This document shows, piece after piece, positions 47,092 through 59,455 of a stretch of 64,000 bases of DNA. Source of the DNA: the human T2T-CHM13v2.0 reference genome, Homo sapiens; NCBI RefSeq assembly GCF_009914755.1, contig NC_060926.1; one strand, written 5' to 3'. The notes beneath the pieces were generated by a model. The model ran no database searches and was not told the origin of the DNA. It saw only the letters and a program-made list of their open reading frames with translations. Positions within the stretch are counted from its first letter, which is position 1. Every line of letters starts with the position of its first letter. Both the position numbers and the translations under genes were made by a program.

Positions 47092-47150
47092 CTTTTTTCC
47101 TCTAATAAAATGATCATGTCAGTGTATGCCTGAAGTTCTTTTTCAGATGT
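47092..47150 (-). pseudogene. Pseudoexon (59 bp, open)
   Basis: Acceptor ccatcaatag, donor AAG|gtatta; TSEKELQAYTDMIILLEEK. Confidence 0.5.
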
Positions 47151-47869
47151 CTATTGATGGTTTAAATAGTAAGTTTAAACTATTAGATTTTTTTAGTTCA
47201 CATCAAAAAACCCCTTATTCAATATTTAGATATTTGTAAATATTCTCAATTTCAATGAGACTGCATTTGTTTTCCAGCATATGACATGTAAATGCAAATT
47301 GAAAATGCTTTTTATCATGGCGAACAGGAAATAATTTTCATAAATCAAATCCCCTTTTCATTTTAATTTTTGATATTTTAATAATTTTGTGAAAACATGT
47401 ATATTTATTTTACCCTTCAGGAAAATTCCAAGTATGTAAGAAACAAACTTGTTGGCACTAAAATATACAGCAACTAATGCTATTTAGCATATCTATTAAA
47501 CTAGAAAATTAAAATACATCTCTAAAAAGCAAAACTTTATCAAAATACACATGAAAATTATACTTGCATTTAAGTCACATTTAGATAAAATTTGCAACAA
47601 AATAACTACTCACACATTTTAAAATAAATATATGCCCATTTTCAAACCCATGGATTAAATTAACAATGGCATGTAAGGCACACAATTTTAAATCCTGGTG
47701 ACAATTTCCATGAAGTTATTCAAATACATTTTGACTTCTGACAAGAGGATGTAATTTATAAAACAGAACATGCCTATCAGTGGAACTTAAATTAGCATAA
47801 TGAGGATACTTTCATTTCTGCAAGCACAGTTTTTGACATCCCTATGTGGAGCTCTTAGAAGAAACCAGT

Positions 47870-47896
47870 AAAAAAAAAAAAAAAAAAAAAAAAAAA
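47870..47896. repeat. Poly(A)27 run
   Basis: Pure A tract with no adjacent SINE body. Confidence 0.95.
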
Positions 47897-48544
47897 GTGA
47901 ATATACAGAAGTAGAAAATTATGAATAAAATACCTGAAAACTTTACCTGATTTCAGTAACAAAATAAATTTTACTTTCAAAAAAATCATTTCTCAAACTG
48001 ATAAAAATGTTTCTTAAACGTAGAATACTGGAACACAGCCTTCAGCTGCCGTTATCCATATAAACTAAAAGAAGTGTTTTGAGGTTATCATTGCATGACA
48101 AGAAACACAGACATTCATGTTAGGCAATTTTTATCAGTGCTTTGAGTTAATTTACTATTGTGTTTCATATAAATCCACTGCAATCATAAGTATAACCTTT
48201 TAATACTGTTCTACAGTATTGTATTTCTGGTGAAATGAGGCTCGTTGTTGAGTGATTTGGCTTATATGCAGAAACATACACCAAATTGTTAAGGGAAAAT
48301 AGATACTTTTTAGCTTACACAATATTGAACGATATTAACCACAGAAAAATGTTATTTATATCAGTGAATTTTGCCCTGGCCTGAAAAAGGATGAAAGAAG
48401 CCATCAATTCTTTCCACAGTATTTGAAGAAAAAAAAATGAAGCAGTTAAACAAGTAAAAACAGCAAATAAATTTGAAGCTTAAGTTATAAATATTATCTG
48501 TTTATAATGTTAAAAAAGAAAATATTTATAGTTTTTATATATAC

Positions 48545-48697
48545 CTTTAAAAATATTGCTGATATTCTTTAGATGTATCTGAATTCGATGTCCTTAAGGA
48601 AGCTAAAGAGACCATCAGTATCAACATCTTCAGACAAAGGCTTCAATCATTTTACACCAAACCAGATTTGATAAGAGCTGCTTTACAACTGAAATAC
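48545..48697 (-). pseudogene. GREB1-like pseudoexon (153 bp, phase 0-0)
   Basis: Acceptor ttttcctttatag, donor AAG|gtatat. YQIWFGVK*L...FSFLKDIEF vs GREB1 KKYFGLSEF...PLLRYDSSF. Confidence 0.65.
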
Positions 48698-49964
48698 CTA
48701 TAAAGGAAAATTTCCTGAGGCCTTCTCCTAAAAGGATATAGAAGACTATGCATTTGCTCAAGAAATCCGCATATTATATTTCAGGTCTTTCAGGAATGAC
48801 ACTTTCATATGAATGTGATATTAAAATGATATGATTCTAAAGTGGAACACAGGCGATGACTGAGGGATTATTGCATTTTACCTTTATTGTTTTAACTATA
48901 CCTCTACCTGTAGCCTTCTCAATGGGTCTGCATTCCTTTTATTTATTTATGATCCTAACTTAGGACATTGCTAGCCATACAATTAAACACATCATTTTTG
49001 GGATTATATAAAACCTGTATGTTACACACAGGTTCTAAAAAAATTTTTGATATTTTTCAATATATCAGCCTTATTTCACAGTACTTTCTGCTTTTTTTTT
49101 GTTTGTTTTCAGTATATAGTTCAGGTCATTATTACATTTTGAGTTTTACAGTGATACAATGTATAAATATATCATTTTAGTTTTAAATATAGCACTGATC
49201 TTAACTAGCAGCAAAGGTCTTATTAAAATGCTTTAAAAGATCATGTAATAATCATAGCCAAAATAACATATACCTAGCAATGATATAAATATTCTTTCTG
49301 TTCTCTTTTATCACTTCTCCTCTCACCCATAAATACTTAATGCAAAAACTGCTATTACTTTTCAAATGTTAGTAACAAAAAAGGATGCCATACTTAATTT
49401 TTATATATCCCAAATACCACTTTAACATTTATTTCTATAAATGGAATTGGTGATAAAGGAATTGATATAATCGTGAAAAGCCTACTTCTCTGAAATTAAT
49501 AAAATTATTATCTATGAAATCATGATTTTAATAAGTAAAAATACTAAAAGGTTTTCTGAGCACTTAACTGCAAATTTGTAGTAAAGTAATATCACAAGAA
49601 GAAAAATGTGGCTTTTGTATATAAAATACCACTGGGTTTTTTTGTGCCATATTTTTCCTAGGTAAAGACAAAGAGGGAGAGTGGAGGGGTTGGACTGGGG
49701 TATGGAAGGGAGAACTGGATGGCATCTAGAAAATAAAAATGACCTGAACTTGCATCAGCCTATCATCCAGTGCTGCATGGTGGCTCAGATCTGGCCACCG
49801 TGAATGAGCTCATTGGAGCTATCTTTTATATTGTCTCCTGGGTCTGACCTGTAAGTGTGACTAATTTATAGGAAATTTCCTAGACTCCCTTTACAATGTT
49901 CTACTAATTACAGTGAGGGAAAGTCAGTGATAAAGAAGCAAAAAGAAAAGGGGAAAAGGAAAAT

Positions 49965-50170
49965 GGGTGAACGGAGGAAGGAGGAGTTAGTGTTTCATGG
50001 GAACAGAGTTTCAGTTTTGCCAAATGAAGAGTTCTGTAGATAGATAGCAGTGACAGTTGCACCACAATGTGAATGCACTGAATGCCACTGAAATGTACAC
50101 TGAGAAGTATTTCAAATGGTAAACTTTATGTTGTATGTATTTTGCCACAACTTAAAAGTATGAAAAAAGA
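49965..50170 (+). mobile_element. L1MB-like 3' terminal fragment
   Basis: gagttagtgtttcatgggaacagagtttcagttt...aatgccactgaaatgtacac. Confidence 0.75.
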
Positions 50171-50175
50171 AAGAG

Positions 50176-50446
50176 GGACCGGTGGCTCACACTTGCAATC
50201 CCAGCACTTTGAGACGCCAAGGCGGCCTTTGGGATCACTTGAGGTCAGGTGATCTGCCCTGGCCAACATGGTGAAAACCCATCTCTACTAAAAATACAAA
50301 AATTAGCCAGGCCTGGTGACACACACCTGTAATCGCAGCTACTCGGGAGGCTGAGGCAGGAGAATCACATGAACCTAGGAGGTGGAGGCTGGAGGGAGCC
50401 AAAATTGCACCACTGCACTCCAGTCTGGGCAACAGAGCAAGACTCT
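50176..50446 (+). mobile_element. AluS-like with internal rearrangement
   Basis: Alu dimer with an altered left monomer. Confidence 0.88.
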
Positions 50447-50493
50447 AAAAAGAAAGAAAGAAAAGAAAAGGAAAGAGAAAGAAAGAAAGAAAA

Positions 50494-50564
<71 letters not shown>

Positions 50565-50586
50565 GAAGGAAGGAAGAAAGAAAGAA

Positions 50587-50630
<44 letters not shown>

Positions 50631-50721
50631 AAAAGAAAGAAAGAAAAACAGAGAGAGAGAAAAAGAAAGGAAGGGAGGAAGGAAGGAAGGAAGGAAGGAA
50701 GGAAGGAAGGAAGGAGGGGGA
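50447..50721. repeat. (GAAA)n/(GGAA)n compound polypurine microsatellite (Alu tail)
   Basis: About 275 nt of purines with a single C. Confidence 0.95.
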
Positions 50722-50747
50722 GACCATTTAAATGAATTGTAGCTTAC

Positions 50748-50920
50748 ATATTGCCAGTGAGAAGGAAATTAATAAGCTAAAAACCTCCTGAACAGCTGTA
50801 GACAGAGGAGGGTGCTTTTTACGTGTTTTAAGAAGAATATTGAGGTCTGCGACTTGATAAAGCAGGGCCTGCATGTCACACTCCTCTGAAACCTGCAGTA
50901 TTCCCAGGACAGAAGCTGCC
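50748..50920 (-). pseudogene. GREB1-like pseudoexon (173 bp)
   Basis: Acceptor ctccctctcatctccaacag, donor TAT|gtaagc. IKSQTSIFFLKHVKSTLLCLQLFRRFLAY*FPSHW vs GREB1 VKEAPNIVTLHVTSFPYALQTQHTLISPYNEIHW. Confidence 0.7.
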
Positions 50921-51327
50921 CTGTTGGAGATGAGAGGGAGTGGAAAGATGCCATTTCCCACCTGACGGGCAGCAGACAATTCAGACACATTTATAGCAAC
51001 ATCCAGAATTGCTCAGACCTGAAAAACCATTAATAAAAATCGAAATCAATGGATAGAACAGAAATGCAGTTAATGAAGTGGTAACTGTAAGTTCTGAAAT
51101 TTGAGCAAATGTCACTAAGAATGAATATTCTCTTAAAAGCTCCTCTTTTTAAGTACAGGTGATTGTTTCAATTCCAAATGCCAAGAAGATGATAGTGGGA
51201 CAGTGGGTTTCTGGGGAGGGAAGGAGACAGATAACAAGTGAGAAGACCACAGGATGCAGTTAGTTATGTACAGGCTTAACCAATTCTCTGGTGCAGCAGC
51301 ATCATAATTCTGATAATATCAGAATAG

Positions 51328-51630
51328 TGAGACAGCTAGGTGGGAGTGGGTCTCTGGAGAAACTCCAACCAGTCTGACCACTGAGGTGGAGCCTCAGCAA
51401 GTTCACAAGTGTGCAGCGGGGAGGAGCCTGGCCCTCCCTCTTCCTGTGTGAACCTGAGAGTCAAGCTCAGGGCAGGAAGCACTCCAGCAGATACCTCGGT
51501 AAGAGTCCTCTTTTCTTCTTTTTTACCCAATAAAACCCTGTCTTAAAAATTGTCTGTGAGCCTAAATTTTCATGGCCATGGGACAAAGAACCCTGTCTTT
51601 AGCTAGGAAGTAAGGAAAAGTCCTGCAACA
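51328..51630 (+). mobile_element. MER48-like ERV1 solo LTR
   Basis: TG...CA ends, internal aataaa, 4-bp TSD atag (51324-51327, 51631-51634). Confidence 0.8.
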
Positions 51631-51821
51631 ATAGTACCAGATGAAAACTGTGGTTTGTAGTCTAAAAACATCACTTAAGTTAACAAGTTAGTGCACTGTA
51701 TATCATTCTGATTTCCATATTGTAATGTTGAATGGATTGTGGAGTCTCTATAGAGCCTGAATTAAAGATGTTTCTCAGATCATTAAAAACAAGTAAACTT
51801 TGTCAGACCAACATGACATAC

Positions 51822-51967
51822 CCTGGGTGGGTAAAATATGTTTCTCCCTGATTGGTTTAACAAGCCTGAGAGCTTGGTCTTGGTATTATACACATTACAG
51901 TAACATTGGAGAAAATTTAACCATTTGTTGTCAAAGATTAGGAGTAAATGAATTATAGCCAGAATGC
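51822..51967 (-). pseudogene. GREB1-like pseudoexon (degenerate Walker B/DExH-like region)
   Basis: Acceptor ttttaattgttag, donor AGG|gtatgt. QQMVKFSPMLL*CV*YQDQAL vs GREB1 LQNSFQNPHTLFVLIHDHAHW. Confidence 0.6.
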
Positions 51968-53351
51968 CTAACAATTAAAAGCCAACTGCATAATTAAGAA
52001 GATCAATTCTACAATATTTCAAATGATTTGTGAATGGACTTTAAAGTGAACATTGTAACTTACATGCATTTTGTGCTTGTAATTATAAAACATGCACAAA
52101 ATTTTAAACAAAGCATGTTCTCCCAACTGTCCACCACTGCACTGCTGACACCTTATTAATGGGTAATATATAGCTTTGCTTAGAGCATTCGTCAGCCTAT
52201 CAGCTAAAGGAGTATAAACAACACTCTTTATAACTGGAATGTTTAATATACAGTATACAAGTTTGTATTTAAAATTAACTCTTGAAGTGAATATTTAAAG
52301 CCCTGTTATTATAGTCTACAATGACTTTAATATTCATTTTATTTATTTATTTAAATATATACTCTTCAGTTTCAAAAAATAAAAAATTAAGTAATTTTTG
52401 ACACATTGTATTTTGATGGATGTCAAAATTGATATTTCCTTTATGAAAATCTGCAGAATATTCTAAATTAATTGTAATACATCTTTTACTAAAAAGTATT
52501 GAATTATATAACATTAGAAGACAATCAATTTTTTCTTAGACTTCAAGAAGATATGAATTACAAGCCTAATCTAATAGCAAATGTATAAGTCTGCACAAAA
52601 TACATTAGATTTTCAAAAATTTGGGTGATTTTGATATTTCTTTTTTAATATTTAAATTAACAAATATTAAGCATCTTCATTTCTCTAGATCACATAATAA
52701 TGAATGAAAATTCTGAATAGTTTAAATAATTTAATAGAAAACTAAGTTTATTTCTAAATATGTAAAGAAATATATTATTACTCACATAGTTTTTCCCATT
52801 AAAATTAGTTTGCAGTGTGCAAAACAGATCATCAACATTTCAGTAAAGATCAATGATTTAAACTATTGATCATAATTATGCCCATTGAAAAATGTCTTTT
52901 TTTCTGTTAGAATTCATAAATAATGTTTATTGAAGAAGTCATGTATTAATTCTACTTATTAGTTTATAGTTGATTCATCAACAAAAGCTAATTATTCTCA
53001 ACATATTATTAGTTATGACATGTCAGCCAGCATCTCCTAGTCCTTTTACTTTTTCTTTACTCAGAGGACAAATATGGGTGATTTCTCAAACTACATTAGA
53101 TAATTTAAGCCTTTGTTTTAAATCTTGTCTATTAAATTGTTTTAGGCTTAGTCATAATATGCTATTAGCATAAATATAGACATACATACAACATTCACAC
53201 AGCCAAAAGCAAAGGATATTATTTAGTGATCTTTTCCCCTAGAATATTTAAGAAAGTTATACATAGAACCCAATAAATTATGGATTCAAAATATAGTCTT
53301 AAATCCAATTATTGGAGAAACCAGTTGAAAGCAGATTAACTTGTCTCCTAC

Positions 53352-53453
53352 CTTGGGCACCATTTCAGCTGAACAATTGTAACGCTCTTTGTTAATACCA
53401 GCTAAGCAACCTCTTTGGGATAGCTCTCCACAACTTTCTTTTTAGGAATATCT
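53352..53453 (-). pseudogene. Pseudoexon (102 bp)
   Basis: Acceptor ttgtctacag, donor AAG|gtagga. Phase 2-2 fits both neighbours; DIPKKKVVESYPKEVA*LVLTKSVTIVQLKWCP. Confidence 0.55.
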
Positions 53454-54176
53454 CTGTAGACAATTTTTACCCAAATCCAGTTATTTGAATCATACAGGGA
53501 TTAAGTTGCTTGCAGGATTTATGCAAGGTTAATTTCAGGGACAGATTGTAGTTTACTACAGTGAGCTTTGAAATACTACAATAGCAACAAATAATAAAAG
53601 AAGGAGGAAAAAGAGAGAGAGAGAAAGATTGAGTGCTCTACCTTAAGAAGGGCACCCACAGATTCCTCTAATTTCATGTCACTTGTGAGTTGGTGACTGT
53701 AGGCACAGTGGAAAGCATGGTACAGAGAACAGAGCAGGAAACAGCTTGCCTAATCACGTATAGTGGCAGGTGCTCTGGAGTCCAACTGCCTTATCTCCAC
53801 TTTTTATTCCTTGTCAGAATACATCCTGGAGAATAATAACTTATTTTCTTTGACTTTAATAAATAGAAATTTAGCAATGGTCGTAATGTAGCACATGAGG
53901 TCAACATTCCTAAAAAGAAAGAGAAGAAGTAGAAGGTGGACTTTGGTTCACAACTTTTTACAATATAATTAATTATGTTTCAGTGACTTCAACGTCAGAT
54001 TGATTATCAAATTGTTTCTTTGTGGCTAAAGCTATAAAATCAAGAGTGTGTGAAAGAGAGATTTGAATAGGAGTTATATGGAGAGAGGGGGAGAAACGTG
54101 TGGAACAGTTAACTTTGGAAACATTTGTTAATATTCACTGCACAGATGGGCACAGCATGTGCCGATGGGGGCACAC

Positions 54177-54345
54177 CTGAGCTGGAGAACAAGCTGCCTG
54201 AATTTCGTGGGGACCCTAATTATAAACAGACAAGTGGAGAGATGCCACAGGTCAGCCAGCAGGGTGAAGGGGGAAAAGGAAAGTGCCAAATTCCCAGTGT
54301 TTCCCAGAGAATAATAAGATCTACAACTTTCATAACACCTTCCAT
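54177..54345 (-). pseudogene. GREB1-like pseudoexon (169 bp, open frame)
   Basis: Acceptor ctcttgttctttttcag, donor CAG|gtgtgc. LWHLSTCLFIIRVPTKFRQLVLQL vs GREB1 LGSFEKVDFLICIPPSEVTYQQTLLHV. Confidence 0.6.
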
Positions 54346-54437
54346 CTGAAAAAGAACAAGAGACAGATGTGTCATCAAAGAAGATGGTGCTGGCCAGTCT
54401 CCATCCTCGCTCATTACTCTGATTTACATTTACTCAC

Positions 54438-54477
54438 TTGCTCTTATCTTCTCTTAGTCTCACATTCCGGGTTGAGT
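54438..54477 (-). pseudogene. Candidate 40-bp exon
   Basis: Long pyrimidine tract ending in ccag, donor CAA|gtgagt; no recognisable homology. Confidence 0.3.
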
Positions 54478-55285
54478 CTGGTCATGAGGCAGGCAGAAAA
54501 GAAAAGGAAACCACTGGATATGGGATTTCCACAGGAACAGTATTTTCTTGGGACTTCATTTTACCCACAGGGTAGGACTTCCCCGCTCATTGTCTCATGT
54601 GCTTACTCATGGGGACTTTCCAATCCTGCAGCCACAACGTGATCCCCAGGCTCCCAATGTCCACACCAGGGTTAGCCCAGCTCTGTGGTCCTATTGATAT
54701 CAACATCTCCTTATTTCATCTTTGCACGCAACCAGATCATAATAACGTCCTTTGAATGTTTATCTTAGAAAAGCTAATTTCTGAAATGCTGTTTTATATT
54801 CCTTGTATCTCAATTTGTTTTCCTTCTTTTTAGTTCCATAGGCAGTATCTTCCTGAAGGCTGTCATTTTCCCTTTTGCGTTTATATTACTGAGTAATAGC
54901 ATTTGAACCCTCTCCAGGACTTCCAACTTCTACATGGCTGAGTGGTTCTCTGTGGAACTTAGCTTTGCCTGGGAGTTAGAATTGTGCTTACTCTAATTTA
55001 CTTAGAATTAAATGCAAATAAACTTTTCATAATAGACCTGGGATGGGCAATTACATATCAATAAATACGTAAAACTGTATTATTGATGGATATAGAGCAT
55101 TATATTTGATTTTTCAATCACTGAATTGTAAACTCAAGCACAAAAGAAGGCAACCATACCCATTAGATTGCACTTGGCTGTGAGTTTTGGAAAACTCAAC
55201 TGATGGTGGCTTACAAAAATGATGTTTATTACTGACTTAGTAACAAGTCCTGGAATAGGAGGCCTGGTGTTTTTGGGTAGCTTGT

Positions 55286-55645
55286 TGTATTAGTACGTTT
55301 TCACAGTGCTGATAGACATATCTGAGACTGGGTAATTTATAAAGATAAAAGGATTTAATGGACTTACAGTTCCACCTGTCTGGGGAGGGCTCACAATCAT
55401 GGCAGAAGGTGAAAGGCACATCTTACATGGTGGCAGGCAAGAGATAATGAGAATCAAGCAAAAGGGGAAATCTCTTATAAAACCATCAGATCTCATGGGA
55501 CTTATTCACTACCATGAGAACAGTATGTGGGAAACTTCCCACATGATTCAATTATCTTCCACCAGGTCCCGCCCACAACAGGTGGGAATTATGGGAGCTA
55601 CAATTCCAGATGAGATTTGGGTGGGGACACAGCCAAACCATGTCA
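55286..55645 (-). mobile_element. THE1B/C solo LTR (MaLR)
   Basis: tgtattagt...gagatttgggtggggacacagccaaaccatgtca; 5-bp flanks cttgt/ctcat. Confidence 0.92.
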
Positions 55646-55649
55646 CTCA

Positions 55650-56030
55650 TCATTCTGAAGGCCAGAGATTCTTCCTGAGCACCTGCTGGGACTACTTCAG
55701 CAGGATGGGGATGGCTTTTTTTCTGAAAGCTTCTTTCTTCACTGTGAGAAGCTGGAGGCCACAACTACAGGCATAAACATCCCTGTCACAAAGGAGATGA
55801 TAGGCAGGGTGTTGACTTTTTGGTGAGAGGCTTCCTGTTACCCTTCTTTTCTTTTATCAAAGAGAAAAAATATTCCTCACGCTCCTCCAGCTGGCAGTTC
55901 CCTTCTGCCTCATTGGCCAGAGCTGAGTCATAGGATCCTTTCCAGCTCTTGGGAAGTAACTTTCAGCGTCTCTGATGGGACAGGGGAAGGAAAAGAGGGC
56001 TGAGAATGGCTGCTGAGGAAACAGCCTGGG
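55650..56030. mobile_element. Old MLT1-type LTR fragment
   Basis: gcctcattggccagagctgagtcatag motif. Confidence 0.4.
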
Positions 56031-56104
56031 GCATCAAGCCCCACTTTGCTTCCAAGCAGGGGCAAGTTTAGATCCACGTACATATTTGGAGATATGTTAA
56101 AAAA

Positions 56105-56413
56105 TTTTTTTTAAATTTTTTTTATTTTTAGACAGAGTTTCGCTTTGTCACCCAGGCTCTGGAGCACAGTGGTGCGATCTTGGCTCACTGCAAGCTCCAC
56201 CTCCCGGGTTGACCCCATTCTCCTGCCTCAGCCTCCGGAGTAGCTGGGACTACAGGCACCTGCGACCACTCCCGGCTAATTTTTTTTGTGTTTTTAGTAG
56301 AAATGGGGTTTCACGGTGTTAGCCAGGACGGTCTCGATCTCCTGACCTTGTGATCCGCCCACCTTGGCCTCCCAAAGTGCTGGGATTACAGGCGTGAGCC
56401 ACCGCGCCCGGCC
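56105..56413 (-). mobile_element. AluY-like
   Basis: gcaagctccacctcccggg; gtgttagccaggacggtctcgatc. Confidence 0.9.
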
Positions 56414-56447
56414 AAAAACTTTTTTTAAGAATATTTATTTTGAGGGG

Positions 56448-56961
56448 TGCGATGGTTAATATTGAGTGTCAACCTGGTGGGATAGATGGATGCAAAGTAT
56501 TGTTCCTGGATGTGTCTGTGAGGGTGTCACCAAAGAAGATTAACATTTGAGTAAGTGAACTGCGAGATGCAGACCCACCCTCAGTCTGGGTGGGCACCAT
56601 CTAATCAGGTGCCAGAGTGGCTAGGATAAAAGCAGGCAGGGAACATGGAAAGATGAGACTGGCTTAGTCTTCCGGCCTACATCTTTCTTTCTTGCTGGAT
56701 GCTTCCTGGTCTCGAATATCAGACTTCAAATTCTGCTTTTGGACTCTTGAACCTTTGACCACAGACTGAAAGCTGCACTGTTGGCTTCCCTACCTTTGAG
56801 GTTTGGGGACTGGGACTGGGTTCCTTGCTACTCAGCTTGCAGACGGCCTATTGTGGGACTTCACCTTGTGATTATGTGAGTCAATACTCCTTAATAAACT
56901 CCCTTTCATATATACATCCATCCTATCAGTCCTGTCCCTCTAAAGAACCCTGACTAATACA
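56448..56961 (+). mobile_element. MLT2A (ERVL) solo LTR
   Basis: tgcgatggttaatattgagtgtcaac...gaaccctgactaataca. Confidence 0.9.
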
Positions 56962-58304
56962 AGAGAGAAGGGCACTAATACCAAGACAGCAACAACAACA
57001 AAAAGCCGTAATGAATGAGAAATGAAGCATGAGATCTTTAAGGCAGAGGAATTGACGGTAAGCAGAAAGCTGATGCTCTATCTATCAATCATCTAGCTAG
57101 CGAAAATTTAGTTCATAAGCAGGCTAGTTTCTCAGACAGATTCACTAGCAAAACTTTGTGCATCTGATTTGCTTCAATCTGCATTTGTTCTCAATAAAAT
57201 AACAAACATTAACTCATTATAATCTGGATAAGCATTTATTCATACTTGAAGGGATAGTGGCATGTGGTTTGAAGTAAAAGAAAGTTAAATTTCAGTTTCA
57301 CCAAATGACTTCCCTTTTCTCTTAATCTGCAGAATAAAAGATAGGTGTATGCTTTCTAAGAAAAAGAAACCATCAGGCAGTGGGCAGGAAGTCATGTTGC
57401 AAGGGATTACCTAGAACAACTAGCAGCAACAATCCATGGGTCACTAACCAAGGGTGAGTTGCTCCAAGGCTATTTACTCCACTAAATCATGTCACTCAGC
57501 ACAGTGGGAACTGAGTACATCCAATACCATTGAGGACCCACTTTGCGTTAACTAATCCTTGCTCATGTGACTTCTGAAATAATTCAAGTCACTATTCAAG
57601 TTTAATTTTGCAACTCTGAGTTTAGGAGTTTAGAAGTCAAGTTTTGAGAAAATAAGAGGCATTTCAAAGTGGCACTCACTTTTAACAGGGCCTTCTGGAG
57701 TATGGCTTTGAATAGCAAGTGCTTTAGAGTTCTTCAGACTTAAACTTTTACTTTTCTTCTGTTCTGTCTGTTGCCAGCTCACTTAATCATAGGTATAGCG
57801 GTAGCATTCACTTCCCCACTTATAAAACACAAGCAATCATGTTTTCCCCTTCACTGTGGAAGAGTGAAAATATTATTTTTATCTCCCAGCTGTTTTTAAT
57901 TTTACTTCTCTCATGCCTTTAGCCCAGTATACACCAGTCCTTTTCGATGGGCTTAACTCTCTTGGCCTCCAAAGTGACCCAGAATGAGGTTTGTCATCAT
58001 CTGGTTGTTTGAGGATACAAAGGAAATCCAGAGGTGAGGCAGGAGTTCCAGATTCTTTCATAGTAATGCCCAGCATTGGTCCTTACCAAAGCTCTCATTG
58101 CTAGATATCTAGTGTCACTAAACCCATTTCATAGAGTCAGAAGGGGAGGAACACAGGGGTGAAGTCAGTTTCTTCAAGTGACAGGGCCAGTGTTGGCACA
58201 CAGGCAGCCTGAATCCACAGCCCCTGCCCTCAACCTCTGTTTTGTGGCCCCAAGTTGGGCCTAAATGTAGAAGGAGGCTCCCAGCCTTTCAGGAGAAACC
58301 TTAC

Positions 58305-58488
58305 TCAACCAGGACACACTTCCTGCCTCTGCAGCTGTGTCTCTCCCAGGCTCCCGGACAGGAAGGCACCCAGGGCTCTCAGAGTAGGGTTTCACTCATA
58401 TCCCTCCTAGCCATCAACGTGGGGAGCATCATCAGGAAAGTCATGGTCCTGTCACCACAAGCTCAGCTTTATCAGCTTCTTCAGTCAC
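58305..58488 (-). pseudogene. GREB1-like pseudoexon
   Basis: Acceptor gcctctcccag, donor TGA|gtaagg. EGYE*NPTLRALGAFLSGSLGETQL vs GREB1 VNYELVTGKVDSLGAFFSTLCPEGDI. Confidence 0.6.
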
Positions 58489-58986
58489 CTGGGAGAGGCA
58501 TTCTTATCTCTGTTCCACTTCCTCATCTCCACTAGAGGTCAAACACAAACAGCAATAGCCACAGACAAGCTCCATCACAGTCTCCATTCCATGCCCGCCT
58601 CCTCCTGGCGCAGGCAGGTTGAAACTGCCGCTTCTTCTGGGAGGCAAGAAAGAACCAAATAGAGTTTCTTTCTCTCTCAATTTCCTTGGGTTTTAATTTG
58701 AAGAAAAAGAGAGAGAACTGCAGGGGACCAAGTCATTCTTCTAGGGCTCCATCAGCAGCCCTTGCCTCCTGCAGCTGTTCTGATTAATGGCTGTGCCTCC
58801 TGCAGAGTCCCCGTAATAGGTGTCAGGAAGGTGTTTACTCAAAGTTTTACACCCAATTGTCATGAAGGTCAAAACAATAGGGCATCTCCCATGCAGGTTA
58901 AACATCGTTTTATGAGTACACACTGTATTAGAGCAAACTCCACTCTGTTTTCAGGCTGCTGACTAAAGTCTGTGGGTCCTTGCTAC

Positions 58987-59151
58987 TTTCTTCCAGGCTG
59001 ACTCAGCAGGGCAGGTCCAAGGTAGAACTGTGGGCACAAGTCAGCAGCATCTGGGCTCAGAGGTGGGCTTTGAGCCTTCAGACGACCACCAGTGAGATGC
59101 AGATGCCCACAGGTCTCTCCAGCTTTGGAGCACGTGTCTGCTTTCAAAACT
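58987..59151 (-). pseudogene. GREB1-like pseudoexon
   Basis: Acceptor ttttaaatgtttcag; donor weak. SFESRHVLQSWRDLW vs GREB1 EDLEQIFLRSWRESH. Confidence 0.45.
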
Positions 59152-59390
59152 CTGAAACATTTAAAAATCAAAACAGTGATATCAAAACTCCTTTCCCAAG
59201 AAAGAGGAGTTCATGCAAAATAGAGATCATAATTTCTTAAAATTAAAATGCTTCCTTTTGGTACATTGAACACTGACCTTGAACCCCCAAGTTGGTTATC
59301 CTCTCCCTTAATCATCTTCTTTCATTGTCCCCTCAGCCTCTCTACCTTCTGCACACACAAACTCCAAGAAATAGAGAGCAAAATGCTACA

Positions 59391-59455
59391 CATTGGAAAT
59401 ATTGTCTCCCATCTGCTATCCACAGGTGTTGCAGAGGAGATTTTTGACCCTATAT
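59391..59455 (-). pseudogene. Candidate pseudoexon (most 5' found)
   Basis: Strong acceptor ctttcttttcctcag; donor uncertain. IGSKISSATPVDSRWETIFPM weakly resembles GREB1 SAIQPISEEMQLLLTV. Confidence 0.3.

Noticed and set aside
50365-50735. KERK-rich and FLSF-rich ORFs
   Set aside because: Translations of the Alu tail microsatellite.
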